64,000 bases of DNA from Octopus bimaculoides. Lineage: Eukaryota. Made by a program: the position numbers and the translations under genes. Positions 26,352-39,111 of the stretch are shown here, piece by piece; positions within the stretch are counted from its first letter, which is position 1; every line of letters begins with the position of its first letter. A model generated the notes under the pieces. It did no database searches. It saw only the letters and a program-made list of their open reading frames with translations, and was not told the DNA's origin. The stretch covers positions 50,019,174 through 50,083,173 of the forward strand of contig NC_068982.1 in the NCBI RefSeq assembly GCF_001194135.2, given 5' to 3'.

Positions 26352-26590
26352 CATCTTATTTCTTTATTGTCCACAAGGGGCTAAACATAGAGGGGACAAA
26401 CAAGACCAGACAAAGGGATTAAGTCGATTACATCGACCCCAGTGTGTAATTGGTACTTATTTAATTGACCCCGAAAGGATGAAAGGCAAAGTTGACCTCG
26501 GCGGAATTTGAACTCAGATCATAACAGCAGACGAAATACCGCTAAGCATTTCGTCCGGCGTGCTAACGTTTCTGCCAGCTTACCGCCTTA
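26352..26590 (-). mobile_element. tRNA-derived SINE family C, representative copy
   Basis: GGCGGTAAGCTGGCAGAAACGTTAGCACGCC...GAGTTCAAATTCCGCCGAGGTCAACTTTGCCTTTCATCCTTTCGGGGTC. Other copies at about 7063-7250, 7262-7475, 7495-7715, 18060-18250, 29960-30130, 49010-49150 and 56738-56950. Confidence 0.88.
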
Positions 26591-26599
26591 AAATCTCAC

Positions 26600-26737
26600 T
26601 TCTTCATCAGAACATATCAGGGCAATTTCCATGGAACTAAATTCAGTAGAATCCTTAAATTTTATATTAGATATGAGTATTCTACTCATTCTTGAAAACT
26701 TGGGTGAAAATAAATTTGCTATTCTTGACAGGGGAAC
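26600..26737 (-). CDS. Unidentified gene exon (VPLSRIANLFSPKFSRMSRILISNIKFKDSTEFSSMEIALICSDEE)
   Basis: cctcttctgcag| acceptor, GAA|GTGAGA donor, 138 nt. Only one frame is open (phase 0-0), consistent with the preceding exon. Confidence 0.7.
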
Positions 26738-28540
26738 CTGCAGAAGAGGTAAACTCAGGAAGACATGAATCAAAGTAGAGAAATATGAAATTTGGTTGGT
26801 GAGTCTCACAGAAGCAATGACAAGTGACCAAAACTTCTGGCGATTTGCTGTGCTCCATAAGACATGTGAAGCTAAGTGAAATTGTGGTTGTGGTCAGTGC
26901 CAGTGATATGGAAAAGGGACCCATGCTGGTGAAATGTAAAGGACACTCTGGATTTAGGAAGGACATCCAGCTGTAGAAACCAAGCCAAAACAGACTTGAG
27001 TTTGCTGCAGCTTTCCAGCTTACCAGCTCCAACTAAACCATGTATGGGGGGGGGGTAAGAAGTTTGCTTCCCAACCACATGGCTTCAGGTTCAGTCCCAC
27101 TGCAGGGCACCTTGGGCAAGTGTCTTCTAATGACTGAAACAACTAAAAGATAAAAGATATATAGACATATATGTGTAGCGGTAGCTAGATAGTTGAATGA
27201 TCTCCCTTGCAAAAAAGATCATAGAGTAACCTCCCTTTCTCAGTTTCTTGAAGCATCAGTGTCATGAGACATGTTTCTTAATTATTCAAGAAGCTTAGTG
27301 TTTCTCTTGGAAGTTTCCTGTGCAGATGACACTAACCTACACTTTCTTCACCTTCGGCAGGTAAGTGTCATCTAGATATAACTTAAACACTTACCATTAT
27401 ATATAAATAAGACCAGAGGCATGGAATACCTCAAAATCAGACATGTCAAGATATCTGGAAAGCGGAACTCAACCAACTCATTTAACTGCCTGAAAATTCT
27501 TTTATTTGTTTCAGTCATTTGACTGCGGTCATGCTGGAGCACTGTCTTCAGTCGAACAAATCGACCCCAACACTTACTCTTTGTAAGCCTAGTACTTATC
27601 CTATTGGTTTCTTTTGCCGAACTGCTAAGTTACATAAATGTAAACACACCAACATCGGTTGTCAGGCAATGGTGGGGTTACAAACTCTGACACATAAAGA
27701 TAGTTGCCATGATTGACCACTAAATCCACAAGTTTTTTTTTTATTCTCTCTGTTTATTTCTTTGTGTTCCTGTCTGTTGAAAAGCATCAAACTAATACAC
27801 CTGCTTGTTGTTTATACACCTCTCTTCGTCTTTTGTTTCTCTGTAAATTACAACTACATATATCATCATCATTTAACGTCCGCTTTCGATGCTAGCATGG
27901 GTTGGACATTTGACTGGGGACTGGCAAAACAGATGGCTACACCAGACTCCAATCTGATCTGGCAGAGTTTCTACAGCTGGATGCCCTTCCTAACACCAAC
28001 CACTCCAAGAATGTAATGGGTGCTTTTTACGTGCCGCCGGCACGAGGGCCAGTCTGGCGTACTGGCAATGGCCACATTCAAGTGGTGTTTTTTATGTGCC
28101 ACCTGTACAGGAGTCAGTCCAATGTTTTGTTCACATGCCACGGGCACAAGTGCCAGTAAGGCGAAGCTGGAAACGATCGTGCTCAAATGGTGCTTTTTAC
28201 ATGCCACTGACACGGGAGCAAGACCGCTGCTCTGGCAGTGATCCCACTCGGATGGTGCTGTTAGCGCACCACTGGCACGGGTGCCAGTCATCAAATTTGG
28301 TTCAGTTTCGATCTCACTTGGGCTTCTTTCAGTTTCCGTCTACCAAACCCACTCATAAGGCTTTGGTTGGCTTGAGGCTACAGTAGAAGACTATTGATCA
28401 AGATGCCATGCAGTGGGACTGAACCCAACCCACTCCTGCATCTTCCTTCTCAACAGTAAAGACTGGTTCTATTAAAACTGATACATTTTCCTGTGCAGGC
28501 GACACTATCTTCACCTTCAGCAGGTAAGTGTCATCCAGAT

Positions 28541-28844
28541 CAGTGCTACTCAAAGTGGCGGTCCACAGACCAGTGCCAGTCCATCAGCCATCAGCTGCTG
28601 GTACGCGGCGAGTTTCCAGAAAAAGAAAGAAACATTATAAAACACTGATAAAATGCTTATGTAATATTGTATTATTTGTTTACAAAATAAATATAAGACG
28701 AAAAGAAATTGTCAACTTTTATTATGTTCATTATATATATTGTTTCTGGTATAAATTAATATTACTAAGAAATATTACTGGTCCCTGGCACATTGGGAAA
28801 AAATAACTACCGGTACGCCACATCAGATAGTTTGAGAAGCACTG
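28541..28844. mobile_element. hAT MITE (304 bp)
   Basis: TIRs CAGTGCTACTCAAA / TTTGAGAAGCACTG. 8-bp TSD ATCCAGAT / ATCTAGAT (7/8). Confidence 0.88.
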
Positions 28845-30186
28845 ATCTAGATGCAACTTAAACATGTACACATTATCTTTCTCTGCTCAGGAACAGCAAA
28901 CAACTCAAACTATAATCTTTTAAAAAAATAAATCCAGTTTTTTAAATCTCGCATAGACAAGCATCATTTTTACATACACAGGATAACACTACAAACATTT
29001 TTTTTTTTCCAGCACTTTGAAAAACAGCTAATTCTTAGGAAGTTATTAGGCACATGAGTGAGAAGGTTGCTTACCAACCAAGTGGTCTTGAGTTCAGTCC
29101 TACTTTGTGACACCTTGGGTAAGTGTCTTCTACTATAGCCTCAGGTCAACCAAAGCCATGCGCTGTGTGCACATGTGTGTGTGTGTGTGTCTGTTTGTCC
29201 CCCATTACTTCTTGACAGCTGGTGTTGGTTTGTTTAACCCTTAAGCATTTAAACCAGCCATATCTGACCCAAAATTTTCTACCTGTTTCTACTGACCAGA
29301 TTTGGCCTCTACACTTACCTAACAATGTCATTGTAAAGATAAACAAACACATCATTGGAATAACAAGCTACAAAGCAATGCATGTTTAATTCAAAGGAAT
29401 CGGAACGAATATGTATTACATTCAACAGAGTAATCTGAATGCTAAAAAGCTACGTCTCTAACTTTGGGGTTGATTTGTTTGACTGAACTCTTCAAGGTGG
29501 TGCCCCAGTATGGCCACAGCCAAACAACTGAAACAAGTAAAAGATAAACAATACTGAAAAGTACTCATGTGTCTACAGTAGTGACCATATTGTTGATATG
29601 AAAGTGTTAAACCACATCCAAATGTTAGAAGTGAATCATGAAGACAGGCTTTCATCAACTAATAACACCCCTAAACATGCTAACTGTACACACCAAAATG
29701 CCTAATATATTGAGCTAATAAGGGAGAGTTTACAATATCACTTGATCTGCAAGAAACAGTAGCCAAGTCTCTATCAAATCACACCCTCCTAACTTAAAAT
29801 AGGACTGAGGTATGAGTATCTAGGATAAGGTAGTCCTGGATATATTATATATCTTAAATAAAGATGGGATGATCAAAACTTGGACACATTTAACTCATAA
29901 GTTGACCCTGTCACAGCTGACCTAAGGCTAAACAACAACAACTAATACTGATTTCAAATTTTGGCATAAGGTCAACAATTTAGGGGGAGGGGTAAGTCGA
30001 TTACAATGACCCCATTACTCAACTGGTACTTATCGACCTTGAAAGGAGGGAAGGCAAAGTTGACCCCAGCAGAATTTGAACTCAGAACATACAGATGTAC
30101 GCTAATGATTCTGTCAGTTTGCCACCTTACAACAACAACTAATATTCTTTCCATGTTGCACAACAGACCCTACACTAAGCACTTAC

Positions 30187-30260
30187 CCAAACCTTCCTCC
30201 CAGCAATGAATTCTCGAAATCTTTTCTTGCCAATGGAACTGCATCGGACTGGAAATTTTT
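30187..30260 (-). CDS. Unidentified gene exon (K-KFPVRCSSIGKKRFREFIAGRKVW)
   Basis: Pyrimidine-rich tract followed by several nearby AGs, TGG|GTAAGT donor, open frame ending phase 0. The exact acceptor (30260 vs 30264) is uncertain. Confidence 0.6.
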
Positions 30261-30409
30261 CTAGCTGCTATCTTGAAAAAAGTCAAAAGGAATTAACTGC
30301 ATTAATATTATCCAGTTAATTCTATCCTTAATTTGAGGAGGCTTCAAAAGACTATGTACACATCCCCCTGTTAAATTAACTATTGAGTATTAAGAACTAC
30401 CTTCATATA

Positions 30410-32077
30410 CAGCGGTGTTCATAAGTATTCATAACATCTAAAATAAAACTGAATTTTTTAAACATTCTTATCACTAATCAGTTTGTAATATTTTTTGTAT
30501 TTTATTCATTCTATATTAATATGTACAATTTCATTGTACATATTAATATGTTCAATTTCATTATATTAATATTAATATGTACAATTATATTATATTCATA
30601 TGTACAATTACATTAATAGTTAACTATTAATTTATTTTTGTAATGGATAACATTCAAAATTAACAAAATTCAAGTAATTATAGGACGGCGCGTGTGCAAA
30701 ATTATTCATAACATTTTGTTTAATAACTTTTTTTGTTTGAAAGTTAATTCAAAAACATTAAATAAGCTATTATAAATTTTTAAAAATATATATGTAACAA
30801 TTGATAATTGTTAGTAAAACCTTATATTAGTGTACACGTGATTTGTACATGTGTCAATACTGTCATCATTTTTTCCTTGCAATTTCAATTACTATATAAA
30901 AAATACTGATAAGAAAAGAAATCAGTGTTGACTTAAGTAAAAAAAATTGTGGAAGTTAACATGTCTGGTGACAGATACAGGAAGATTTATGAATGATTTT
31001 CTTTTAAAGTACTGACTATTCAATCAATTATTAAGAAATATCAAACTGATGGTTGTACGACAAACTCATACAAAGGCTGGTGAGACAAATAGAGCATGAA
31101 GCAAGGACAACTGCAAAAGAGATCAGTCAGTCAGTCAGCAGGTTGGGCAGCTGAGTATAAATGCTTCATTATTAACTGCAAGGAGGGCATTGTGGACATT
31201 TGGGCTTCACAGGTGCCAAGCAAGAAAATCCTCCCTTCTTGGGCCCTGCCATATTAAGGCTTGACTAAACTATGCAAAAAGCATGTTAAACAAACTTGCT
31301 CAGTTTTGGTCAAACACTCTGGTTTGATGAGACCAAAATTGAGCTTTTTGGCCACAACAAGAATGATACAGTTTGGTAGAAATCTGGACAGGCTTTTCAA
31401 CCCAAAAACATTTAAGAGAAATTTAATGTTTCGGGAGGTGTTTTTCAACAGCCAACCCAGGATGACTAGTTTTCATCAAAGACCAGATGCAAAAGAGGAT
31501 TCCATCAAAATATTAGACGAGAATCTTCAAGTGTCAGCAGAAAAATTAAAGCTTCATGACAGTTGGATCTTTCAACAAGGTAATGATCCAAAGCATACAT
31601 CAAAATCAGCAACTGTCTGACTAAGCGAAAATGATATTGATATTGTGCAATGGTGATCTCAATTGCCAGACTTGAATCTGACTGGAAATGTTTGGTGCCA
31701 TTTCAAAGCTCAGATTCAGAAAAGATGCCCAAAAAATCTTAACGTTTTTAGAGACAATTGTGTATGAGAAATGGACAAAAATCCTAGTTATACAAAAAAA
31801 ATTAAATATGGTTATTCATAATAAAGGCTTCGCAATTAGTTATTAAACAAAATGCTATGAATAATTTTTCACACATACTATCCTATAATTTTTTGAATTT
31901 TGTTAATTTTGATTGTTATCCATTGTAAAAATAAATTAATAATTAAATGAAACAGTGCATATTAATTAAGTATAAATAATGTACAAAAGATATTACAAAC
32001 TGATTAGTGATAGGACAAATACTTTAAAAAATCAATTTTATTCTGAGTGTTATGAATACTTATAAACAACACCAGTG
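30410..32077 (+). mobile_element. Tc1-family DNA transposon, full-length-sized but inactivated, with long IR/DR-type TIRs
   Basis: TA|CAGCGGTG left end. TIRs at about 30410-30728 and 31838-32077. Frameshifted transposase motifs LWFDETKIELFGHN, WIFQQGNDPKHTSKS and SQLPDLNLTGNVW. Confidence 0.92.
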
Positions 32078-35000
32078 TGTGTGCATATATATGTATACAC
32101 ACACAACCTAGTGAGAATGAGTGCTCAGCACTGCATTGGTGGATAAATATTCTTTATTTGTGATTCGCTTAAACAACTGTGGAAATCTCCTTCACATAAA
32201 ACTATTGGTTGCCTTGTTAATCCACAAATAAAGTCTACACATACAAATATATCTATAAATTTAATGCACAATATATGGTTTTATCTCATCTGGTGGTAAT
32301 CACAAAAAATGCTCCTTTAGTTGACAGGCTACAAACCATATATTAAACCAATACATAGAGGTGTAATTAGAGTCATACGCAGCTGAAATGCAGTAAATCC
32401 AATTAGTGAAGATTATTTCATGAGGGTTCTGGGTTCAGTCCCACAGCGTGGCACCTTGGGCAAGTGTCTTCTACTATAGCTTCAGGCCGACCAAAGCCTT
32501 GTGAGTGGATTTGGTAGACAGAAACTGAAAGAAGCGTGTGGGGGGGGGGGTACACACACACATATATGTTTGTGTTTGTCCAGACCATTACTTGACAACC
32601 AATGTTGATGTGTTTACATCCCCGTAACTTACCAATTCGGCAAAAGAGACCGATAGAATAAGTACTAGGCTTACAAAGAATAAGTCCTGGGGTCAATTTG
32701 TTTGACTAAAGGTGGTGCTCCAGCATGGCTGCAGTCAAATGGCTGCAGTCAAATGACTGAAAGAAATAAAAGAATACACACACACACTATAGTAATTTAG
32801 AGGGAAAAAAAAGAAGCAGTGTTCTGGAGTTTTGCAAGCCACCCACACTAGCAAGTTTGACTTAGCTGATATCTTAAACACTTGTAAGTTGGTTTCTGTA
32901 GGGAAAATTTTCAGTGGGAAGAAAAGACTGGGTAAATGTTTGATGTAGATTGGCAAGGTGAGATATAAAAAAAGGGTGACGAGAAGAGAGACAAGAAGGC
33001 CTGATTGGAAATGATATGTAGATAACTAGTTTAGAGTAGAGAGAAAAGAGGTTGGTAGAAGCATTTGAGCAGTCATGAGCTAACTGCAACCTGTGCAACT
33101 TTCTGAATGACATGCCTAATGAAGAATTACCCATGAGTTTTTTTTTAGCAGTGTGGCCTGCCTGATGATGATCCATATCTCAAGCAGCCCACTTCTCAAA
33201 AACTGTTGTTAGAGCGTCAAACAAAATGTTTTCTAGTATTTATTCTAGCTTCTTGGATTCCAAGTTCAGATCTCACTGAGGTCAACTTAGCCTGTCCTCA
33301 TTCCAAGAGGGTGGGGGTGGGGTCAATAAATAAAGTACCAGTCTAGGTTAGAGAAGTGGCAAAATTACTAGAGCATTAGATAGGTTGCATTGCAGTATTT
33401 GTCTTGGCTCTTTGTGATCTGAATTCAAATTCTACCATGACTTAATCCATTGTTCAGTTTTAATACCACCAGGCTGGACCTTGGATGCCTTTAGCAGAGT
33501 CCATTCTGTGGCAGGCTTTCAGACCAGGTCTCCAGTTTGAGGATACCTTTCTCCATCGTTCCCTTCCATCAGTTTCAGAGGCCCTTGGATTATAGGTGCT
33601 ACCCTTTTTCCTGACTAAGCAATAAAAAAGTAAAAAGTCACAAGAAACACCATCTGCAGGCACAAGTCTGGGCAAGGTTGTTTATAGAAGACCAGCAGTC
33701 ACCCATGCATACCAGTCTCCCCTCTCCATGCCACCGATATTATCCAAGGGAAAGGCAAAGGTTAGTACAGCTTGGCACCAGTTACATCGCAACTCATTTC
33801 TACAGTTGAGTGGACTGGAGCAATGTGAAAAATAGTGTCTTGCTCAAGAACACAACACAGAGCCCAGTCCGAGAATTGAACTCACTACCTCATGATACTA
33901 AGCCCGATGCTCCAACTATAAAGCCATGCACCTTATGGGGATCACTAGAAAAGACCATCAGAAATAACGAGACCGCATATTTATAATGACTTTAAAGGTT
34001 TTAGCTGTATGTTGTTCACAAGCAGAGAGAAGTGAATTATAAAACTTTTTAAGAAACATATGGTGACTGAATCTATCATGTGCTATTGTGACAGATTAGG
34101 CTGCCATGTGATCATTGAAGTAGCATCTCAAAATCTCTGATATACATTTTATGAATATCTGCTTTAACTCCTTTGGTATCATATTCATGGTGAAATGTAT
34201 TGCCTTTGTTTTAATTAATTTCAAAAGTAATGAAGAATTTAATAAAATAACTTTGTCCTGATTTAGCTGGTGTTTGGGACATAAATTCACATGAAATTTT
34301 GATGGAAAACTTTTAATTTAGATCACTTTAAAACAAAGAAGTTTGTACCATAGAACTAGGAAGCAGTCTTAGGTAGGTAGATACGAAAAGAGTTGAGATG
34401 ATTAGCTGGCATCTGGATAACACTTATGTGCAGAATGAGATCATCATCATCGTTTAACATCCGCTTTCCATGCTAGCATGGGTTGGACGATTTGACTGAG
34501 GACTCGTGAAACGGATGGCTGCACCAGGCTCCAGTCTGATCTGACAGAGTTTCTACAGCTGGATGCCTTTCCTAATGCCAACCACTCCAAGAGTGTAATG
34601 GGTCCTTTTACGTACCACTTGCACAAGGGCCACGCTCAAAATGGTGTTTTTTACGTACCACCTGCACAGGAGCCAGTCCAGTGGCACTGGCAATGACCTC
34701 GTTCGAATGTTTTCTAATGTGCCACCGGCACAAGTGCCAGTAAGGCAACACTGGTAACGATCACGCTCAAATGGTGCTATTTACATGCCACTGGCACAGA
34801 AACTAGACAACTGCTCTGGCAATGATCATGCTGTCAGTGCTCCACTGGCACATGGGTAATATCATCTGCATAGAAATAACAGCAGACAATGAATGCTTGA
34901 CAGAGGAAAACGTCTTCAGTACATGCTACATCACCATCATTTAGTGTCCATTTTCTATGCTAGCACGGGCTAGATCGCTTGACTGGAGCTGATAAGCCAG

Positions 35001-35719
35001 AGAGCTGCACCAGGCTCCAGTCACCTGTTTTGGTTTGGTTTCTATGGCTGATGCTAGTACCAGCGGCACGTAAAAAGTACCATTCGAGCATGATCGATGC
35101 CAGTGCCATTTGACTGGCTCCCATGCCAGTGGAACTTGAAAAGCACCCACTACACTCTCGGAGTGGTTGATATTAGGAAGGGCATCCAGCTGTAGAAACC
35201 TTACCTGAACAAACTGGAGCCTGATTGCAGCCTCCAGGCTTGCCAGTCCTCAGTCAAACCATCCAGCCCATGCCAGAATGGAAAGCAGACGTTAAACAAT
35301 GATGATTATGATGATGATATATTGTTACACCATTCAAAGTTTAGGCAAACTTCATCACCCACTCACTCTCTTTCACTCACTCTTTCTCTCTCCCTAAACA
35401 AAAATGAAACTCATTTCGGTGCCAAAAACTGCAAAGGGAAAATGTTTTAGTTTTTCAAATCTATTCTGCTATCTGGGATTATTATATATATTATATCCAG
35501 TGATTTTAAGAGGTAGGAAAAAGATATTTTGTTTTAATATTATACTTTTACTTTGTTTCACACATACATACAAACACTCTAATGCATTTCTTTTTTGATG
35601 AATTTATCATTTGTTATCTCTTCACACACTTTGTTACCACTAACTTCTATAACCTCTGCATTTTCACTTATTCATTTCAAACTTCTTTGAATTTTCAATC
35701 TAATGTAATCCACACTCTC

Positions 35720-36046
35720 NNNNNNNNNNNNNNNNNNNNNNNNNNNNNNNNNNNNNNNNNNNNNNNNNNNNNNNNNNNNNNNNNNNNNNNNNNNNNNNNN
35801 NNNNNNNNNNNNNNNNNNNNNNNNNNNNNNNNNNNNNNNNNNNNNNNNNNNNNNNNNNNNNNNNNNNNNNNNNNNNNNNNNNNNNNNNNNNNNNNNNNNN
35901 NNNNNNNNNNNNNNNNNNNNNNNNNNNNNNNNNNNNNNNNNNNNNNNNNNNNNNNNNNNNNNNNNNNNNNNNNNNNNNNNNNNNNNNNNNNNNNNNNNNN
36001 NNNNNNNNNNNNNNNNNNNNNNNNNNNNNNNNNNNNNNNNNNNNNN
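35720..36046. other. Assembly gap; others at 6462-6531, 8062-8161, 21514-21577, 41190-41199, 55926-56243 and 61088-61227
   Basis: Runs of N, mostly abutting microsatellites or homopolymers. Confidence 1.
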
Positions 36047-38310
36047 TTTTTTTTTTTTTTTTTTTTTTTTCTTAGTGAAAATCGTGCGGGTGAAAGGATC
36101 AAATAATACCAAAATTTGAGCAACAGGTATGGTTTAAATGAACATGGAAAACCTGTAAAACGTACTATTGAAAAGGGTTGTATATGTCGAAATGTGAAAA
36201 AAAAACTTGGTTGGTAGAATACAGCCGGTAATGTAAGTGCATGTAATTTTAAGGTCCATAAAAGAGGAAATAGAGCGGAACGAGTAGTGTTGAGGAATGG
36301 GGTTAAAAGAACGAGCAGATATAAACGATCCGGCATGGAAAACATGCACCAGCTAATATTATATAAGGTTATGTTAGAAATCAATATTATATAAGGCTTC
36401 ATTAAAATAAAGGACACAAGAACAATTCCAACTTGTACATAAGATTTGAAGTATAAAACACCATTATTCCATTTTTTAAGTTTATTTTTCGGTTGCTAAT
36501 TAAATTAGAAATAGATGATAGACGGTGTACGGAAAAGAAAATTTATTTGGCGAGCATAGACATATATCTATTTATTCAAACTTGATAATTCCACTCTTCC
36601 TATTTTATTCATTCTGTCAAGTTATAATAGAAAAACTATGATTGTCAAAATTTACCGCCGGTAAGAAAAAAACATCCGTTTTTAGAGAAATAATATCCTG
36701 GAAACGAAAAGTTGTGACATGTCAGTGCTTGATTTACTTCTATCTCGTTTTCTATCAATCGAAGCACCGTAATGATTTCGAATTTGGATCGATTTTTTTG
36801 CAGAATATAGTGGAAGAAGAAATATAAAAACAATAATGTAGTGGGGAGATCTAATGAGATCAGTTCAGGTGAGTCTGGAAATAGCAGAAGGTAAAAGTCT
36901 TCTATTAAAAATTACCGTCTGCTTCAGTTTGTTATCTAAGACAAAATCGATGAAGACAGAAAAAGAAAATCTGTAGGTGATCGGTTTTATTTAAAACAAA
37001 TGATATTACCTATCGAAAATAAGCAATACTATGACCGAAATATTTGTTGATAATTTAACTTCAGCAATAATATTCGTGTTTTCCCTATGTCAGAGTACAT
37101 CACTATTTTTGTTTTACCATGTCGACTACATCGAAAACCTATGGATGGGCTGTCAGTTTCTTGATAGTTAAAACAATGTACACACGTTTACATATCTCTA
37201 TAAAGGCTTCCTCAATTTTATTTATGCAGTAATTTTTAAGTTAAGAAACTATTTATCTCCCATAGAAAATCAATTCAGCATCATTTCCATCATAAATAAG
37301 ATGGTAAGTTTCGCATCAACAGCAGAGCACCGGATTAAATATTTTACAAGTTTTGAGTTCAAACCCCACTAAAGTCGATTTTGTTTTCTTCTCCCTCAGA
37401 ATCAACGAAAAAAAGAAAAAAAATCATCAGGCAGATGCTGGGGCTCGATTCAATCAACTATAGACTTGTGTCATTATAAGGAATCCTCATATACATTTGT
37501 CATGTAAGAATGACTATAGGCTATATATATATATTCTTTTATATGTTTCAGCCTTGATAAATATGAGTAAAATCAGGTCCAACTACGAAAGGAAATTTGA
37601 GTTTCGAACCCACTTCACTGGGAGTTTACTTTTAATAATCACCGATAATCCTTTTGCATGGAGTTTTCGAAAAGGAAAGCTAAGCGTGTTGCTAACGCCT
37701 GCAGCCAAAGAACTCATGACCCATTAATGCCAAATTAAGAAAGTAGTGAAAGGAATTTATTAAGGATAATTTTTCAATCATCTTCTTAGTGTAAGCGTAA
37801 GGAAATATACATAGTAAAATAAAGCAGTCCATAAATAGAATAGTGAAATAAACTAGTCTATACAAAAAATAAAATAATAGCGAAATAAACTAGTTAATAA
37901 ATAAAATAAAATAAAAATTCCAAATGGAATGTAAAGTAGATTTTTCTGCAAGGGAATGACGGCAAAACTTTGAATTCTCCACTCCGGTTGTTGGATTGGT
38001 CGATATTCAGGTAGATGTAATCCAGAAAGAATTAAATCATTTCTTTAAAGAAGCTTTTCTTTTCTTTTCTCTTTCGCTATTCTTGGTTAATTTCGCGTTA
38101 CGATGGAATTTTTTTTTTTTAATGAGATAATGTAAAAAAAAAAAATTATATATAATATAATACGGTAAGAAAGTAGTATGCCAAATATAAATCTGGAGAG
38201 AGAGGGAGGATGAGAAGGATCAAAAGAATTAAAAACAACATGAGCGAATGAAACAGGCAGCTTAAGAAAGTTCGTGAAGAAATGAATGAAAAGTTTGTCT
38301 CGTTACTTAC

Positions 38311-38317
38311 TCTCCAT
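38311..38317 (-). CDS. Unidentified gene, putative first coding segment (ATG GAG A; 5' UTR extends toward about 38580)
   Basis: CACAA-ATG-GAG-A|GTAAGT on the - strand: good start context and consensus donor, inside the CpG-rich promoter zone. Confidence 0.5.
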
Positions 38318-39052
38318 TTGTGAGAATTTTGAGTTCGATAATTTGTTTCCGAAATGGGTGGCACCTCCACGTCTTTCTCACATCAAAAGGAAAATTTCCG
38401 TAGCACTAGACAAGTAGAGACACATAAAGGGGTACGACCAGTTTCAAAGTGTGTTATCAACATAAACACAACTAACGCTGGTAATAGCAACAGGAGAAAC
38501 TATAAGAGGCCACAAATCACCGGTGACATATTTTCACCGTCCCTCATCACAAAATATTTCACATGTTCAGATGCACCATTTGTAATTATTTCGTTTTAGT
38601 ACCACTAATTTCTGTTTTATGTATGTATATGCGCATTTTTTTTTATTATAGAGGAGATTAACGATCGCTTTTGCATTGTAAACGTCGTTGTTGTTTCGTT
38701 GAATGCGATCACTCTTTCGTATTATATTAATCTATTCGAGGGTGAAAGTTATTTATATCACCGCCAGACGAAGGTAACACGAGTGTGTTGAATTCAAAAC
38801 CCGAAAACTTTATTACGATTCCTTATATTAACTACAAATTCAGCGATGTTGCTGTTTCATAACAAAATTTGCATCGTTTTATTGTTATGAAATCCAGATT
38901 TATTAACTGTCATTACTTTTAAAGCCGCCTTGTTGTATGTATACGGTTTTATCTAACTTGCTTGTCTTCCCATTTAATTTTATAAACAAGATTTATTGAT
39001 TGATTTGGAAACTAAAACATTTGATTCGAACATTCAAACGATACAGAAAATT
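38318..39052. promoter_or_regulatory. Putative bidirectional promoter between the unidentified gene (-) and TSEN54 (+)
   Basis: Divergent ATGs 736 bp apart. CpG dinucleotides are visibly frequent from about 36 to 41 kb versus depleted elsewhere. Possible TSEN54 5' UTR intron from about 38774 (AAG|gtaac) to about 38990. Confidence 0.6.
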
Positions 39053-39111
39053 ATGGATTCTGAAGTCATTCAAGATTTTAAGAAATATTTCAAGCCTAAT
39101 TGTCTTTTAAG
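39053..39111 (+). CDS. TSEN54: TSEN54 coding exon 1 (MDSEVIQDFKKYFKPNCLL-S, phase 2)
   Basis: ATG at 39053, open frame, AG|GTAAAT donor. It joins in phase to the next exon to give LLS-AEQLV, matching vertebrate TSEN54 VLS-ARELF. Confidence 0.85.
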
